Of a DNA stretch of 64,000 bases, positions 22,950 through 35,543 are shown piece after piece. The stretch lies in the NCBI RefSeq assembly GCF_046119375.1, contig NW_027362761.1, positions 582,118,001 to 582,182,000 on the forward strand, given 5' to 3'. The notes under the pieces were generated by a model. The model ran no database searches and was not told the origin of the DNA. It worked only from the letters and a program-made list of their open reading frames with translations. Origin of the DNA: Phyllobates terribilis. Taxonomy: Eukaryota. The position numbers were made by a program, and so were the translations under genes. The number at the start of each line of letters is the position of its first letter. Position 1 is the stretch's first letter.

Positions 22950-25940
22950 GTCACCTCCTCAGCGTTCCTCTCTTCTCTCAGGTCATCTCCTTAGCGTTCT
23001 TCTCTTCTCTCAAGCCTGCCTCCTCAGCGTTTGTTTCTTCTTTCAGGCCACCTCCTCAGAGTTCCGCTCTTCTCTCAGGCCGCCTCCTCAGCGTTTGTTT
23101 CTTCTTTCAGGCCACCTCCTCAGAGTTCTGTTCTTCTCTCCGGCCGCCTCCTCAGCGTTTGTTTCTTCTTTCAGGCCGCCTCCTCAGAGTTCTGCTCTTC
23201 TCTCAGGCCGCCTCCTCAGCGTTGTTTCTTCTTTCAGGCCGCCTCCTCAGCGTTCCGCTCTTCTCTCAGGCCGCTTCCTCAGCGGTTGTTTCTTCTTTCA
23301 GGCCGCCTCCTCAGAGTTCTGCTCTTCTCTCAGGCCACCTCCTCAGCGTTTGTTTCTTCTTTCAGGCCGCCTCCTCAGAGTTATGCTCTTCTCTCAGGCC
23401 GCCTCCTCAGCGTTGTTTCTTCTTTCAGGCCGCCTCCTCAGCGTTCCGCTCTTCTCTCAGGCCGCTTCCTCAGCGGTTGTTTCTTCTTTCAGGCCGCCTC
23501 CTCAGACTTTCCGCTCTTCTCTCAGGCCGCCTCCTCAGAGTTCCGCTCTTCTCTCAGGCCGCCTCCTCAGCGTTTGTTTCTTCTTTCAGGCCGCCTTCTC
23601 AGCGTTCCGTTCTTCTCTCAGGCCGTCTCCTCAGCGTTTGTTTCTTCTTTCAGGCCGCCTTCTCAGCGTTCCGCTCTTCTCTCAGGCCGCCTCCTCAGCG
23701 GTTGTTTCTTCTTTCAGGCCGCCTCCTCAGAGTTCTGCTCTTCTTTCAGGCCGCCTCCTCAGCGTTTGTTTCTTCTTTCAGGCCGCCTCCTCAGAGTTCT
23801 GCTCTTCTCTCAGGCCGCCTCCTCAGCGGTTGTTTCTTCTTTCAGGCCGCCTCCTCAGCGTTCCGCTCTTCTCTCAGGCCGCCTCCTCAGCGGTTGTTTC
23901 TTCTTTCAGGCCGCCTCCTCAGAGTTCCACTCTTCTCTCAGGCCGCCTCCTCAGCGTTTGTTTCTTCTTTCAGGCCGCCTCCTCAGCGTTCTGCTCTTCT
24001 CTCAGGCCGCCTCCTCAGCGTTTGTTTCTTCTTTCAGGCCGCCTTCTCAGCGTTCCGCTCTTCTCTCAGGCTGCCTCCTCAGCGTTCCGCTCTTCTCTCA
24101 CGCTGCCTCCTCAGAGTTCCGCTCTTCTTTCAGGCCGCCTCCTCAGAGTTCCGCTCTTCTCTCAGGCCGCCTCCTCAGCGTTTGTTTCTTCTTTCAGGCC
24201 GCCTTCTCAGCGTTCCGTTCTTCTCTCAGGCCGTCTCCTCAGCGTTTGTTTCTTCTTTCAGGCCGCCTTCTCAGCGTTCCGCTCTTCTCTCAGGCCGCCT
24301 CCTCAGCGGTTGTTTCTTCTTTCAGGCCGCCTCCTCAGAGTTCTGCTCTTCTTTCAGGCCGCCTCCTCAGCGTTTGTTTCTTCTTTCAGGCCGCCTCCTC
24401 AGAGTTCTGCTCTTCTCTCAGGCCGCCTCCTCAGCGTTTGTTTCTTCTTTCAGGCCGCCTCCTCAGCGTTCCGCTCTTCTCTCAGGCCGCCTCCTCAGCG
24501 GTTGTTTCTTCTTTCAGGCCACCTCCTCAGCGTTCCGCTCTTCTCTCAGGCCGCCTCCTCAGCGGTTGTTTCTTCTTTCAGGCCGCCTCCTCAGAGTTCC
24601 TCTCTTCTCTCAGGCCGCCTCCTCAGAGTTCCGCTCTTCTTTCAGGCCGCCTCCTCAGAGTTCCGCTCTTCTCTCAGGCCGCCTCCTCAGCGTTTGTTTC
24701 TTCTTTCAGGCCGCCTTCTCAGCGTTTGTTTCTTCTTTCAGGCCGCCTTCTCAGCGTTCCGTTCTTCTCTCAGGCCGTCTCCTCAGCGTTTGTTTCTTCT
24801 TTCAGGCCGCCTTCTCAGCATTCCGCTCTTCTCTCAGGCCGCCTCTTCAGCGGTTGTTTCTTCTTTCAGGCCGCCTCCTCAGAGTTCTGCTCTTCTTTCA
24901 GGCCGCCTCCTCAGCGTTTGTTTCTTCTTTCAGGCCGCCTCCTCAGAGTTCTGCTCTTCTCTCAGGCCGCCTCCTCAGCGTTTGTTTCTTCTTTCAGGCC
25001 GCCTCCTCAGCGTTCCACTCTTCTCTCAGGCCGCCTCCTCAGCGGTTGTTTCTTCTTTCAGGCCGCCTCCTCAGAGTTCTGCTCTTTTCTCAGCCCGCCT
25101 CCTCAGCGTTTGTTTCTTCTTTCAGGCCGCCTTCTCAGCGTTTGTTTCTTCTTTCAGGCTGCCTTCTCAGCGTTCTGCTCTTCTCTCAGGCCGCCTCCTC
25201 AGCGTTCCGCTCTTCTCTCAGGCCGCCTCCTCAGCGGTTGTTTCTTCTTTCAGGCCGCCTCCTCAGAGTTCTGCTCTTCTCTCAGGCCGCCTCCTCAGCT
25301 GTTGTTTCTTCTTTCAGGCCGCCTCCTCAGAGTTCCGCTCTTCTCTCAGGCCGCCTCCTCAGCGGTTGTTTCTTCTTTCAGGCCGCCTCCTCAGCGTTTG
25401 TTTCTTCTTTCAGGCCGCCTCCTCAGCGTTTGTTTCTTCTTTCAGGCCGCCTCCTCAGCGTTTGTTTCTTATTTCAGGCCGCCTCCTCAGCGTTTGTTTC
25501 TTCTTTCAGGCCGCCTCCTCAGCTGTTGTTTCTTCTTTCAGGCCGCCTCCTCAGAGTTCCGCTCTTCTCTCAGGCCGCCTCTTCAGCGGTTGTTTCTTCT
25601 TTCAGGCCGCCTCCTCAGCGGTTGTTTCTTCTTTCAGGCCGCCTCCTCAGCGTTTGTTTCTTATTTCAGGCCGCCTCCTCAGCGTTTGTTTCTTCTTTCA
25701 GGCCGCCTCCTCAGCTGTTGTTTCTTCTTTCAGGCCGCCTCCTCAGAGTTCCGCTCTTCTCTCAGGCCACCTCCTCAGCGGTTGTTTCTTCTTTCAGGCC
25801 GCCTCCTCAGCGGTTGTTTCTTCTTTCAGGCCGCCTCCTCAGCGTTTGTTTCTTATTTCAGGCCGCCTCCTCAGCGTTTGTTTCTTCTTTCAGGCCGCCT
25901 TCTCAGCGTTCCGCTCTTCTCTCAGGCTGCCTCCTCAATA
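22950..25940 (+). repeat. 32-bp pyrimidine-rich minisatellite, right domain
   Basis: Alternating units TCAGGCCGCCTCCTCAGCGTTTGTTTCTTCTT and TCAGGCCGCCTCCTCAGAGTTCCGCTCTTCTC, related to the left-domain unit. Confidence 0.97.
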
Positions 25941-26358
25941 TTCCTCTCTGCACTGGGTTCACCACCAGGGACAGCGAGACAGATTCCCATATCCAGGACT
26001 GATATTTTTGCCTAATTCATCATTTGTGACTGTTCAAAAGCAAAGTTTGTTGCAAATGTACTCCAGCCCCTCCCCCACATAAGAAAGGTTTTCTTCTCCA
26101 CATGTGGTGGACTTGTACTAAAATGAAGGATTTCTCGCTTAAATACCACTACCATTATCTCCTAAACTGTTCCCAGTCAATATGCCAAAGTATAAACTTT
26201 TTCTTATTAGATATTTGCAGGGGGCGACAAGGATCTTATTTCCTACACAGCGGAAGACAAAACCCACCTTCTATCATACAATGGAAGCAGAAGGTAGAAT
26301 AAATCTACAGACTAGAAAAATCAGCCGGATGTTAGTGTAGGAGACGTGCAGTTTTCAG

Positions 26359-26650
26359 TAGGACTGTGGAGTCGGTAAGCCAAACCTCCGACTCCTCAAT
26401 TTCCATGACACCGACTCCCTCATACACGGCTCGTGTTCAAGTGATAAATTTACTGTAGCACAGATTCATCTCAGCTAGAAGTCTAGACCCTTAGATAAGG
26501 AATAGGACAGACATTTATAGGACATTTCATAACTTTCCCAAATTCTTATGAAAAAATATTCCCCACAAACTGCATTGAACTACTGTACCCAATTTATTAT
26601 ATATGTCAGGAGTCGGTCCATTTTATACCGACTCCGACTCCACAGCCCTG
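26359..26650. mobile_element. hAT-type MITE (CAGGGCTGTGGAGTC family)
   Basis: TIR (C/T)AGG(G/A)CTGTGGAGTC; degenerate 8-bp TSD GTTTTCAG / GTTTGAAG; inverted paralog at 34345-34729. Confidence 0.8.
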
Positions 26651-27003
26651 GTTTGAAGAGACTTGGTCGCACTAATTTCTCTTGAGGAATTCGGTTTGAG
26701 AGTGGTCAAGCTAAAAATGGAAAATATAACAATTTAAACACTAAAAGTAGGTGAGAAATTGTAACTCAAACTTAGTGATATGGAAAATCCACCAAACATT
26801 CGATCTTCACAGGGGACCTGAATAAAAAGGAACTTAGAATAAGAGTTCCAATTAAAGATAAAAAGAGATAAGGATAAAAAAAAAAAAAAAATTAAGATAC
26901 ATATATCCCTGTATTGTCATTTGATGCATTATTTGTTGGTTCTGGTTGGGTATTTTTCGGTTTCTGTTTTCTACACGATCTCCTGGTGTGTATTGTATAT
27001 ATT

Positions 27004-27113
27004 AATATGCAAATTGTCTCTTCAGAGAGGAAGAGGACTAGAACTCTAGAGCCACCTATTGGATGTGCTGGAGTTCTAGTCCTCTTCCTCTCTGAAGAGA
27101 CAATTTGCATATT
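27004..27113. repeat. Perfect 43-bp inverted repeat with 24-nt loop
   Basis: AATATGCAAATTGTCTCTTCAGAGAGGAAGAGGACTAGAACTC at 27004-27046, exact reverse complement at 27071-27113. Confidence 0.9.
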
Positions 27114-27839
27114 TAATTTCCCAGAGGAGTGTGCATGGCTTATATGTCTCCTCACTCTGACATGCCAGGCTTGGCTTCTCACTAACGTTACCCTTTAGAT
27201 CTTATACATTAATACAAATCTTCACAATCCAGAAATTTAAGATCAACTGTCTACCTCTCAAAGTGCACTTGTAGTTAATAATGTTAATTTTTTGTTGCAC
27301 ACTTTGTTGTAGTTCTCCAATATTACAGAATACAGCGACCTATCTTAAAGTGCTCAATTTTGAGATGCGAAATTTGCAAGTTTTTCTTTTCCCTTTTTTT
27401 TTTTTTTCTAAAGTACTGGGGAGCAGTTTTTGCTTTTATCTTTTATATAATGGACACATTTAACATTTTTAATGCCTTTTTAAATAGTTCAATTTAATCA
27501 AACTTACAAAGCTGTTGCCGCATTTTCTTTTCCAGGCGTGAACCTATGTATACCTATGTAGCATTTTAAGTTATATTTCATTTTTGTTCAAGAGGGCTGG
27601 GGGGGGTGGAGTAACTTAAAAATAAGTAAAAATTAAAGAAAAAAAAAATAGGTTAAGGTTTTATGACTGTTTTAATAGTCTTGGCATCTGAACAGACGCT
27701 GCACCAATATTACGGGCCGGCTGTTGGGGCATTAGCCTTTTTTCAGCCGTCATGCGAGTTTCCAAGGAGTGGTTAAGGTGTGGCTGGCGACAAAATCAGG
27801 TAAAGGACATCAACGTTACATTTTTGACACAAGTATATG

Positions 27840-29110
27840 TGTGGCGCCCCTGGGGGTTCGATCGCCACAGGGGTACTGCACCTCTTTAATGGGGTGTGGT
27901 ATCTCTCCTTCGAGGTAAGGATGGTGCAACTGTCAGGACCCCACCTTCGCACCCAACACTACACTTCTCCCACCTGTAGGGGGGGCTAATAGGCACCAGT
28001 GTGCTGCCCCAGCAGGGATAAGTGGAGATGGGGGAACCAAAAGATAGGGGGGAACCATGTAGTGGGTGAGGGTGGAGGATGCACATGTAGGTTACGCTTA
28101 ATAACTCATATTTAATAAACAGCCATCTTGGGCTTATGGTCTTTTGATTGTGATCTTCATCACTGAACGTGGCTTTCTGTGTGAACCTGCAGTTGATGGG
28201 GACACGGTCCTCGTTCTCTGGCCTTGAGTCGAGGAGCGGGCAAGAGTTAACGGCTGTCTCTACCCAGTCAAGGTCCCTACCTAAGAAGGCCTGGAGGGGA
28301 GTAGAGGAGACAAGCTCCACAGGCAAAAGGATCCCAGGAGGGTGCAGACGGAGCGGCATACGCCACCTGTCCTCACTATTCTGGCCTAGTCAGAGGGATT
28401 CCTGCAGCAAAAGGGGTACCAGCCCCGATATCTGACTTTGCTACTCTATGTCTCATTCGGAGAAGCCCGGAGGCTCAGTGGATCCCACCGGGTAACGGAC
28501 GGAGCGGAGTCGCCACCCGTACCCTTGTTCTGTGCATAGTCCAGAGGGAGACCCAGCCTTTCTACACACACGGATAGGAGAGGACTTAGTTTGAAGTCTA
28601 GGAACACTCTGGTGCGGGGTCCTGACTAAAGCACCTGAATTACTCGGAGGTTGTCGGACCCCCGGTCCTGGTGGCCGCAGAGCCCCGTGAGGAGCAGGGA
28701 GAAGCCTTGCAGCTGCATGCTCTACCGTGAGTAAAAACCCTGGAAGTCTACCCCTATGGCCTCCGGTCTCTATTTCTGCACCGCACCAGAACTCCTCCAC
28801 TACAACTCCCTCCATCCGCCTCTCTGCCCTGAGGCCCTGCTCCGCCTGTGGGGAGTAGCACCATCCAAAGCTGCCACTACATCCAGCCTCAGAGGACTGC
28901 CGCAGCGCTGGTGGCCATCACCAGACACCACAGGTGGCGTAGTCAATACCACCACTCGATGAACACTAACCCTGTAAACCCATTACACCCTTTTAAATGT
29001 GACGGCCCTGGGCACGGAACAGGTCCAGGCCGCGGCTACAACCCACCAAACATCTGACCCGGCTCCGAGTAACCCCACTTCCCAGGGTGAGGGCTGGCGA
29101 GCGTCGCACA
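27840..29110. mobile_element. Solo LTR (probably Ty3/Gypsy), 1271 bp
   Basis: TGTGGCGC...GCGTCGCACA termini; 4-bp TSD TATG (27836-39, 29111-14); internal AATAAA; no internal coding sequence. Confidence 0.75.
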
Positions 29111-29433
29111 TATGTTGAACCAAAATTGGCACTGGCAATGGACGTGGTACCATGAGAGAAAAATCTACCCGTACCACGGCAATAAGACGTGACAGCCACT
29201 AGCAGCAACACAAACCGCACTTCAGGCAGTAACTGTAGTCGTGTAAGTAGGTGCTGTGGTATTAGCAAATTCTTATCACGACTGTTTATCAAACAGAGGG
29301 GTAGCTAAGCCCATCGCCCGATGAACAGTCCTGGCAGCTGGGAACCTTCTGAAGACTCCTATGTCTGTAGTGTTTCTGCTCCTCTGTGTACTGTACAAGA
29401 GTTTGCATATATAAGTCCCCAGAGGGGACTACG

Positions 29434-29472
<39 letters not shown>

Positions 29473-29934
29473 AGAATAGTCCACGGCACACACTTCCAGT
29501 ACAATGTGCCATCATTTTGCCATAAGCCTCAGATCCAAAGGACTATGGTGGCTTTGTTTGGGTGCTGCCCAACCCCCTCCTCAGACTGGAAGAACAAAAA
29601 AGGAGGCCAAAGTGGAAAAAAAAAAAAAAAGTCCCAGTGTGACAGCGGTAGATGCGAAACGAGCAGTCACAATCCAAATCCAGAAGGAGACTATCTGTGG
29701 TGACAAGGCGAAACTATGAAAATCCTAAAGGCAGAACCTACTTGTCTGGAAGTATAAACAATGTGATTTATCACGGAGAACATCAATCTCAGTGGTGCAG
29801 CGTCAGGTTTCGGGGACCACTACCAGGGTCTTATCCCTTCTTCTGGTAGGTCTCCTTTCACACCTTGGTGTTTGTTGCTGTACAAACGTTAAATTTGATT
29901 ATAAAGGCGAACGAGGTAACAGACAAAGACTTCT

Positions 29935-29940
29935 TTTATT
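29935..29940 (-). terminator. Candidate BRIX1 polyadenylation signal
   Basis: AATAAA on the minus strand ~47 nt after the stop. Confidence 0.5.
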
Positions 29941-29986
29941 TTATAAAACAGACCTGGTAAGTGCACCCCCACCCCCTCGTCACAGT

Positions 29987-32900
29987 TCATAAGCGCCTTT
30001 TCTGGCTCAGTCTTTGGCGTTTGAACTTTTTGTCTTTCCGTTTCATGTTGGGTTTGAGGACCGGCGGCTGTGTCTCGATAACTTGAGGTTTCTTTTCAGC
30101 CTTGGTGGTGAACACTTCAGCCGTGGGGTCGTGAGGAACGACCACGACGCCTTCCATCTTCTTCATTTTCTGAAGTTCTTTCACTTGTTGCTTCTCCCGA
30201 ATCTTTGCCGCCGTTTCCAATCGGATAATGCGCCGGTGCTGAGAAGAAAAAAAAAAAAAAAAAAAAAAGACGTCAGCAAATTGTGCAGAAAATCAAACGA
30301 AAAAGATCAAACGGAATGGAAAGAGATGGACAGAGTCGTGTCCAAAAATAATGCAAGGGTATGCACCATATTCGGGGACTGGTAGTACGGATTCTCGTAT
30401 AGGGTCGGTCCTCCAAAGCTGCCTTTGAAAATCTTGATGAGATTCAGCACAAACCGCGGTCCGATCTCCACCAGAGACGCGTCCTCCTCTATGATCTGCG
30501 CCAATGGGACGAGAAGTAGAATTACAACACGAATACAAGGCCGAAGGAAGGATCCTATCAATGGTCACACACGGCGCGCAGCCAACACCACGGCACCGTC
30601 AGCTGCATGTTTACAGCAGTGGTGTAAATCTGCGGCTCCAGAACGGTGCACAATTAGGAGCAGGTGAAAGCTGCATTGTCACCCAGTGAAGTGGTTTTTT
30701 TGGTTTTTTCGAGGACCGCTGGGTATCTAAGAATGACCTTTAGCTCGGCCAATTTTCATTTATTTCATCTTTCTTCCAAGAACAATAACCATTTCTTCCT
30801 TGACATCAAGCTGATTGGGGAAAAAAAAAAAAAAAAACACCCAACAAAAAAAGCTCTACAGATACTGGCTGGTGACGAGCTCCTGCAGCCTTTATCTATC
30901 CCTCATCCCCTCAAGATGGCCGGACCATCATTGTAAATAAGCCCCTGTACTTTGTGTCACCTCCCATCCCTCTTACCAGCAGGGTCGTCATTATTTTTGC
31001 TGTAATTATTGTATTATCTTTAGCTATGTTACTTATGACTGTTGAATATCAACTTCTGAATTGTAAAGCGCTGCGGAATATGTTGGCGCTATATAAATAA
31101 AGATTATTATTAATTTAAAAAGAAGAAATAAGATCGGTCCGGACAGAAGAATTGTATTCACCGACCTGATAATTCCTGAACCAGATCCTCTTATCTGCTA
31201 CAGAGAAGCTGAAGACGTGGTCCACGAACGGCTGACTCTTGGGGTGATATCTCGGGGTTCCGAAAATCTGCAATCAGAGACCAAGATGTTATGTGACAGA
31301 GAGAAAGCACCGAGAGAACCGAACGCGGAGACGTGGAAGACGCCGTTACCTGTATGAAGAGCTCCTTCAGCACCGAGAGGTACGGATCCTGATCAAACGC
31401 CTGAGAGGAGGAGAGGAGGTCAGTAACTCTGAGCTACAGCAGAGGATGCTGGGAGTTGTAGTTCTATACAAAATACTTCTTAATGTATTTATTTTATTTT
31501 TTTATTTTTTTTAAATACCAACCGGATCGAAGGAGAGCAGAGGACGCGAGCCCTTTAGGCAGTTTCCAGTCATCTTCAGCTCTGCCAGCGTGTGAACTAG
31601 AAAAGGAAAGAGGAGGATGAGGGAAGGATGAACAAGGAGAGCGATGTCCGGGTGGGACAGATGTTGTTTTTTAAACCTATAATGGATCCACAGAAAATGA
31701 CAATATATGGTATAAAGCATCTTTATTGCTAGTCCTGCACATGGTGGTGCAATGTGAGGTCGATGTAGAAAGCAGCCGAGTACATCCGAGTGTGGACAGA
31801 TCTGCATAGTCTTGACTGCATGGATTTATCCACTCAGAAAATGATTTTTAATTTAATATACGCATTTATTAAAAATAAAATCTGAAAAAAAAAAAATGTT
31901 GGTGCTTGTCCATTTTTTTATGCAAAGGTTTACTTTAAAAAAATATCTTGAAATACTGCAGATCTCGCTGAACGCTAGAGCACAATCAGCTGATGCGTCC
32001 TGATTTCTGCAGCTCACTTAGCTTTGCTGTATAGACTGGGACAGATTGTACGACACAGTATATGTAACAGCTGCAGGAACCCCCATACTGTGGCTACAAG
32101 AGACCCTCACCCCATAATTTCCACATGCTCCAATAGAGCACTTAGGGACTTAAAGGGATGTTTTACGTTCAAAAATTGAAATAAAGTCTAGATATCAGAA
32201 ACTTTTGGATCAGGAGTAACTTTGCATCCTGGTTTGCACTAATCATCCCTCCGCCTCCCGTCCTTCTCACTTATGCAGGCAATTATTTAGTTGCTACTTA
32301 CTGTTCTGGACCAAGAATTTAGCAGACGGTCCCTCGGGGGCGTTCGATATCCTAAAATGTATTAAAAAAAAAAAGAAAAACATATTTGAATCAGTATGGA
32401 ATCTGTCTAGAGGAGCGCAGGCGAGTGATAAATGCGGGGTCACTCACCACATGTACAGATCCTGCTTCTTTTTTGCTTCGAAATAAATACATTTGTTGCA
32501 GTTTTTCATTTCACAAACCTGTAAGATGAGGAAAACGTTACAGAGCGACGAGGCGAGAGCGCAACTTGTGTAACAGCAACACAAAACCGCACCGTCAATG
32601 GGGGTCAGAGGAAATGACAAGAAGTCAACAGGCTCTGGGAGGGGACGGAGAAACACAGAAAGCCTGGCTTAACATGGGGCGGATTACAAAATATCCACAC
32701 GCTGTGTAAAAAAAAATAAATAAAAAATCTGCGCAAGATGAAGATTTTTATTTCACAATTTGAGGGCAAATCAGCATGAAACTTGTGCGGGTTTTGTAGC
32801 TGATTTTTCAAGCTCAGTTTCCAGCCGATGTGGATGCGCCCTTGAAGTCACGACAGCGGACATCACGTACCTCGTTAATGACGAACAATTTATCTTTCCG

Positions 32901-35543
32901 GTCCATTTTTGTATCTACAAATATATAAAAAAAAAAAGAAGGTGGTGAAAGAAGGAGAATGATGAAAACCCTCTGGTGTGTCTTATAACGGAGCCGCCAT
33001 ATTCCCATCATAGACTGAGCTGCCGTAACATCCTGATTTTATAGGGGATGGATCTGAGGACCCCATTGACCTGGCACAGTGCTGCTCCCAGGGAAATGCA
33101 CCACAGCTTCCTGCAGGGGGCAGTACTGTAGGGTCCTGAACGGTCGGTGGCCAGAACCATTGCAGGGTCATTAGACCCCCATCATTGAGTTATGGTGTTG
33201 GTGCACGTCACTCATATGTGGTTTATGTTTGTTTCAATCATCTACAAGATCTCTGCTTGCCGACAGTGAATGATAAAGGAGCCTGGAGGAAGACACATTA
33301 CGAGGAGCATCATAGCGGCACTTACCGGCTTTTGCGTGCGGCATTAACGTTTTCAAGTCGTGCATTAAATGTCGGGTTCGGAAATTAATTCCACGGGAAG
33401 AAAATATTAGCACCCGCTCCTTGTTCATCCATTTACCCTGCAACAACAAGACAATGACACATGAGCTCCAGGACGTATGCAGGGCACCCGGCGATATTAA
33501 TGTAGGGGCACGGGACCCCCTCACGTTATATCAGCTATCGCCTCCAGGATCTCCCATTCCTGCTCCTCAACCCCTAAGGAAGGGCATGGGAAAGCCTCAC
33601 CTGACGTATCAGCCATCACCCCACAGGATATCTCCTCCCTGCTCTTCAACCCCCAGGCCAATCAGCGAAAGGCAGTTTTACTTCCTAATATCGCCCCATA
33701 ATAATGACTTGACCCCAAATAGGAGTTTAGGGCGATTGTACCCAGAAGCTTAAATCTGTTAGATACATGACCCGGGCCCTATATACACGCACATGAATGA
33801 GCCAGCCATGTACTACATATACAGTATATATACAGCATTATGCATAAAACACCAGGGATCGCCGCACCCCACACCAGGTTACAATACACAGGAGAATCCA
33901 GAGTACGACCATCTCTATTGGGGTCCGTGCACACGATGACTTTTTCAGGTGGCAGAACCCATTGAGTTTTCCAAGAGGAGGACGCTTCAGGAAATGCTGT
34001 TTGTTTTTTCCCCCCTAAAGTTTTTTTTCATTTTTGTGGTGTCTTTTTACAGAGCATTTTCAGGACTTCTTTTTTTTTTTTTTTTTTTTAACTCCATTCG
34101 ACAATGAAGAAACCCCTTTTGGATTTAGTTGCAAAATATTCAAAAAGACGCCGGCGTCCCACTGATTTATAAAGTGTGGAGCGCTTTCAGGGAAGGCCGC
34201 AACAACAGAATCTTCTGGCTGCTCAGTATCAGAGATTAGGGATAAGTTTTAGTATAATATATACTAAATAAGTATAAAGTATATTCTATGGTAGAAATGG
34301 AAGAAAAACACAAACAATGAAAGGTAATATCGTTTAGCAGTCAACAGGGCTGTGGAGTCGGAGCCCATTTTGGTGGAGTCTGTGTAAAATGGACCAACTC
34401 CTAAAATATATAATAAATTGGGTACAGTAGTTTGTGGGGAATATTTTTTCATAAGAATTTGGGAAAGTTATGAAATGTCCTATAAATGTCTGTCCTATTC
34501 CTGATCTAAGGGTCTAGACTTAGCTGAGATGAATCTGTGCTACAGTAAATTTATCACTTAAACATGAGCCGTGTATGAGGGAGTCGGGAGTCGTGGAGTC
34601 GGGAGTCGTGGAGTCGGGAGTCGTGGAGTCGGGAGTCGTGGAGTCGGGAGTCGTGGAGTCGGGAGTCGTGGAGTCGGTATCATGGAAATTGAGCAGTTGG
34701 ATGTTTGGCTTACTGACTCCACAGTCCTGGTAGTGAATAGTTGTTCCCATCCTCCCTAATGGATTGTTATACCGAATGTCGGAATCCCATTCTGATGTCA
34801 ATTGTCTGAGGACAGATACCGGTAGATTTATAAATGTAAGCCTATTCACATTAATCACTATACTATTGCGGTAACAGCTTTAAAATATGCCGGTATCTTC
34901 TCTGGTGTCCCCTTTCTATGGTTACGGCTGTGCCCCCGATGAGGCTATGGCCGCATGCATTGGACTCACAGAGGGGTTGTGTGGCCGTTCCAGTCGAGTG
35001 TGCGGGGTACATTATAAAGGCGTCCGTGCAGCCGCTCTCACCGTGGCCGGGGGTGTGATCTCTGCTCCGGTGGTAATATAATCAAATGCTCAAGCACAAA
35101 CATAATATGGTGTCAGCCTCCTGATGTGCCCCCCAAAAGTGTGAGTGTGTTGGGGGGGGCCACAATGAGGTATATGAATAGATACAGAAGGATCTGATGC
35201 GGAATATAAGAGGAGGCTCCGATGTAACTGCAGGTATGGGAGCAGACAGTGCTGGATGTGAGGGGAGCCGCCTGCGAGAAGGCTGGAGACACAGATCACT
35301 GGGATCAGTAGTGTGTGTGTGTGTGTATATATATATATACACATATACACACACAGGACTGTCCATGGCTCTGGCAGGATGAGGGCAGTGATGGGCTCCT
35401 ACCTCTGACACCGGCGGCGGGATGGTGAACTCGTCCCCTCCTCCGGCTCCATCACTCTCCGCTTCTTTCTGCTGTAATTTGGGCTTTTTGCTCCGGTTTT
35501 CAGCCTCCGCATTAAAGCCACGTTTTCTCCGGTACGCCGCCAT
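29987..35543 (-). CDS. BRIX1: Ribosome biogenesis protein BRX1 homolog, 341 aa
   Basis: Exons (-): 35543-35403, 33437-33326, 32914-32871, 32518-32448, 32351-32302, 31596-31523, 31400-31350, 31267-31166, 30495-30367, 30238-29987 (1026 nt, all GT-AG, in frame). Brix-domain motifs GKWMNKERVLIFSSRGIN, HTLAELKMTGNCLKGSRPLLSFD, EIGPRFVLNLIKIFKGSFGGPTLYENP. Confidence 0.97.
30930..31111 (+). mobile_element. 3' end of an L2/CR1-clade LINE in BRIX1 intron 8
   Basis: Ends TTGTAAAGCGCTGCGGAATATGTTGGCGCTATATAAATAAAGATTATTATT; same family as 10686-10743. Confidence 0.55.
34345..34729. mobile_element. hAT-type MITE in BRIX1 intron 1 with a 15-bp internal expansion
   Basis: TIR CAGGGCTGTGGAGTC; TSD GCAGTCAA / GTAGTGAA (6/8); (GGGAGTCGTGGAGTC)x6 at about 34581-34676. 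Confidence 0.82.

Noticed and set aside
17941-26082. ORFs of 950-1595 aa in all three plus frames
   Set aside because: They translate a C/T-rich 32-bp minisatellite that cannot readily make stop codons; all frames are open and the period is not a multiple of 3.
26211-26293. AG...GT-bounded segment open in three frames (YLQGATRILFP... weakly like TTC23L)
   Set aside because: Too short, length does not fit the expected exon, and no partner exons were found.
29386-29849. Lys-rich plus-strand ORFs after BRIX1
   Set aside because: Lysine runs come from poly(A) tracts; no recognisable family.
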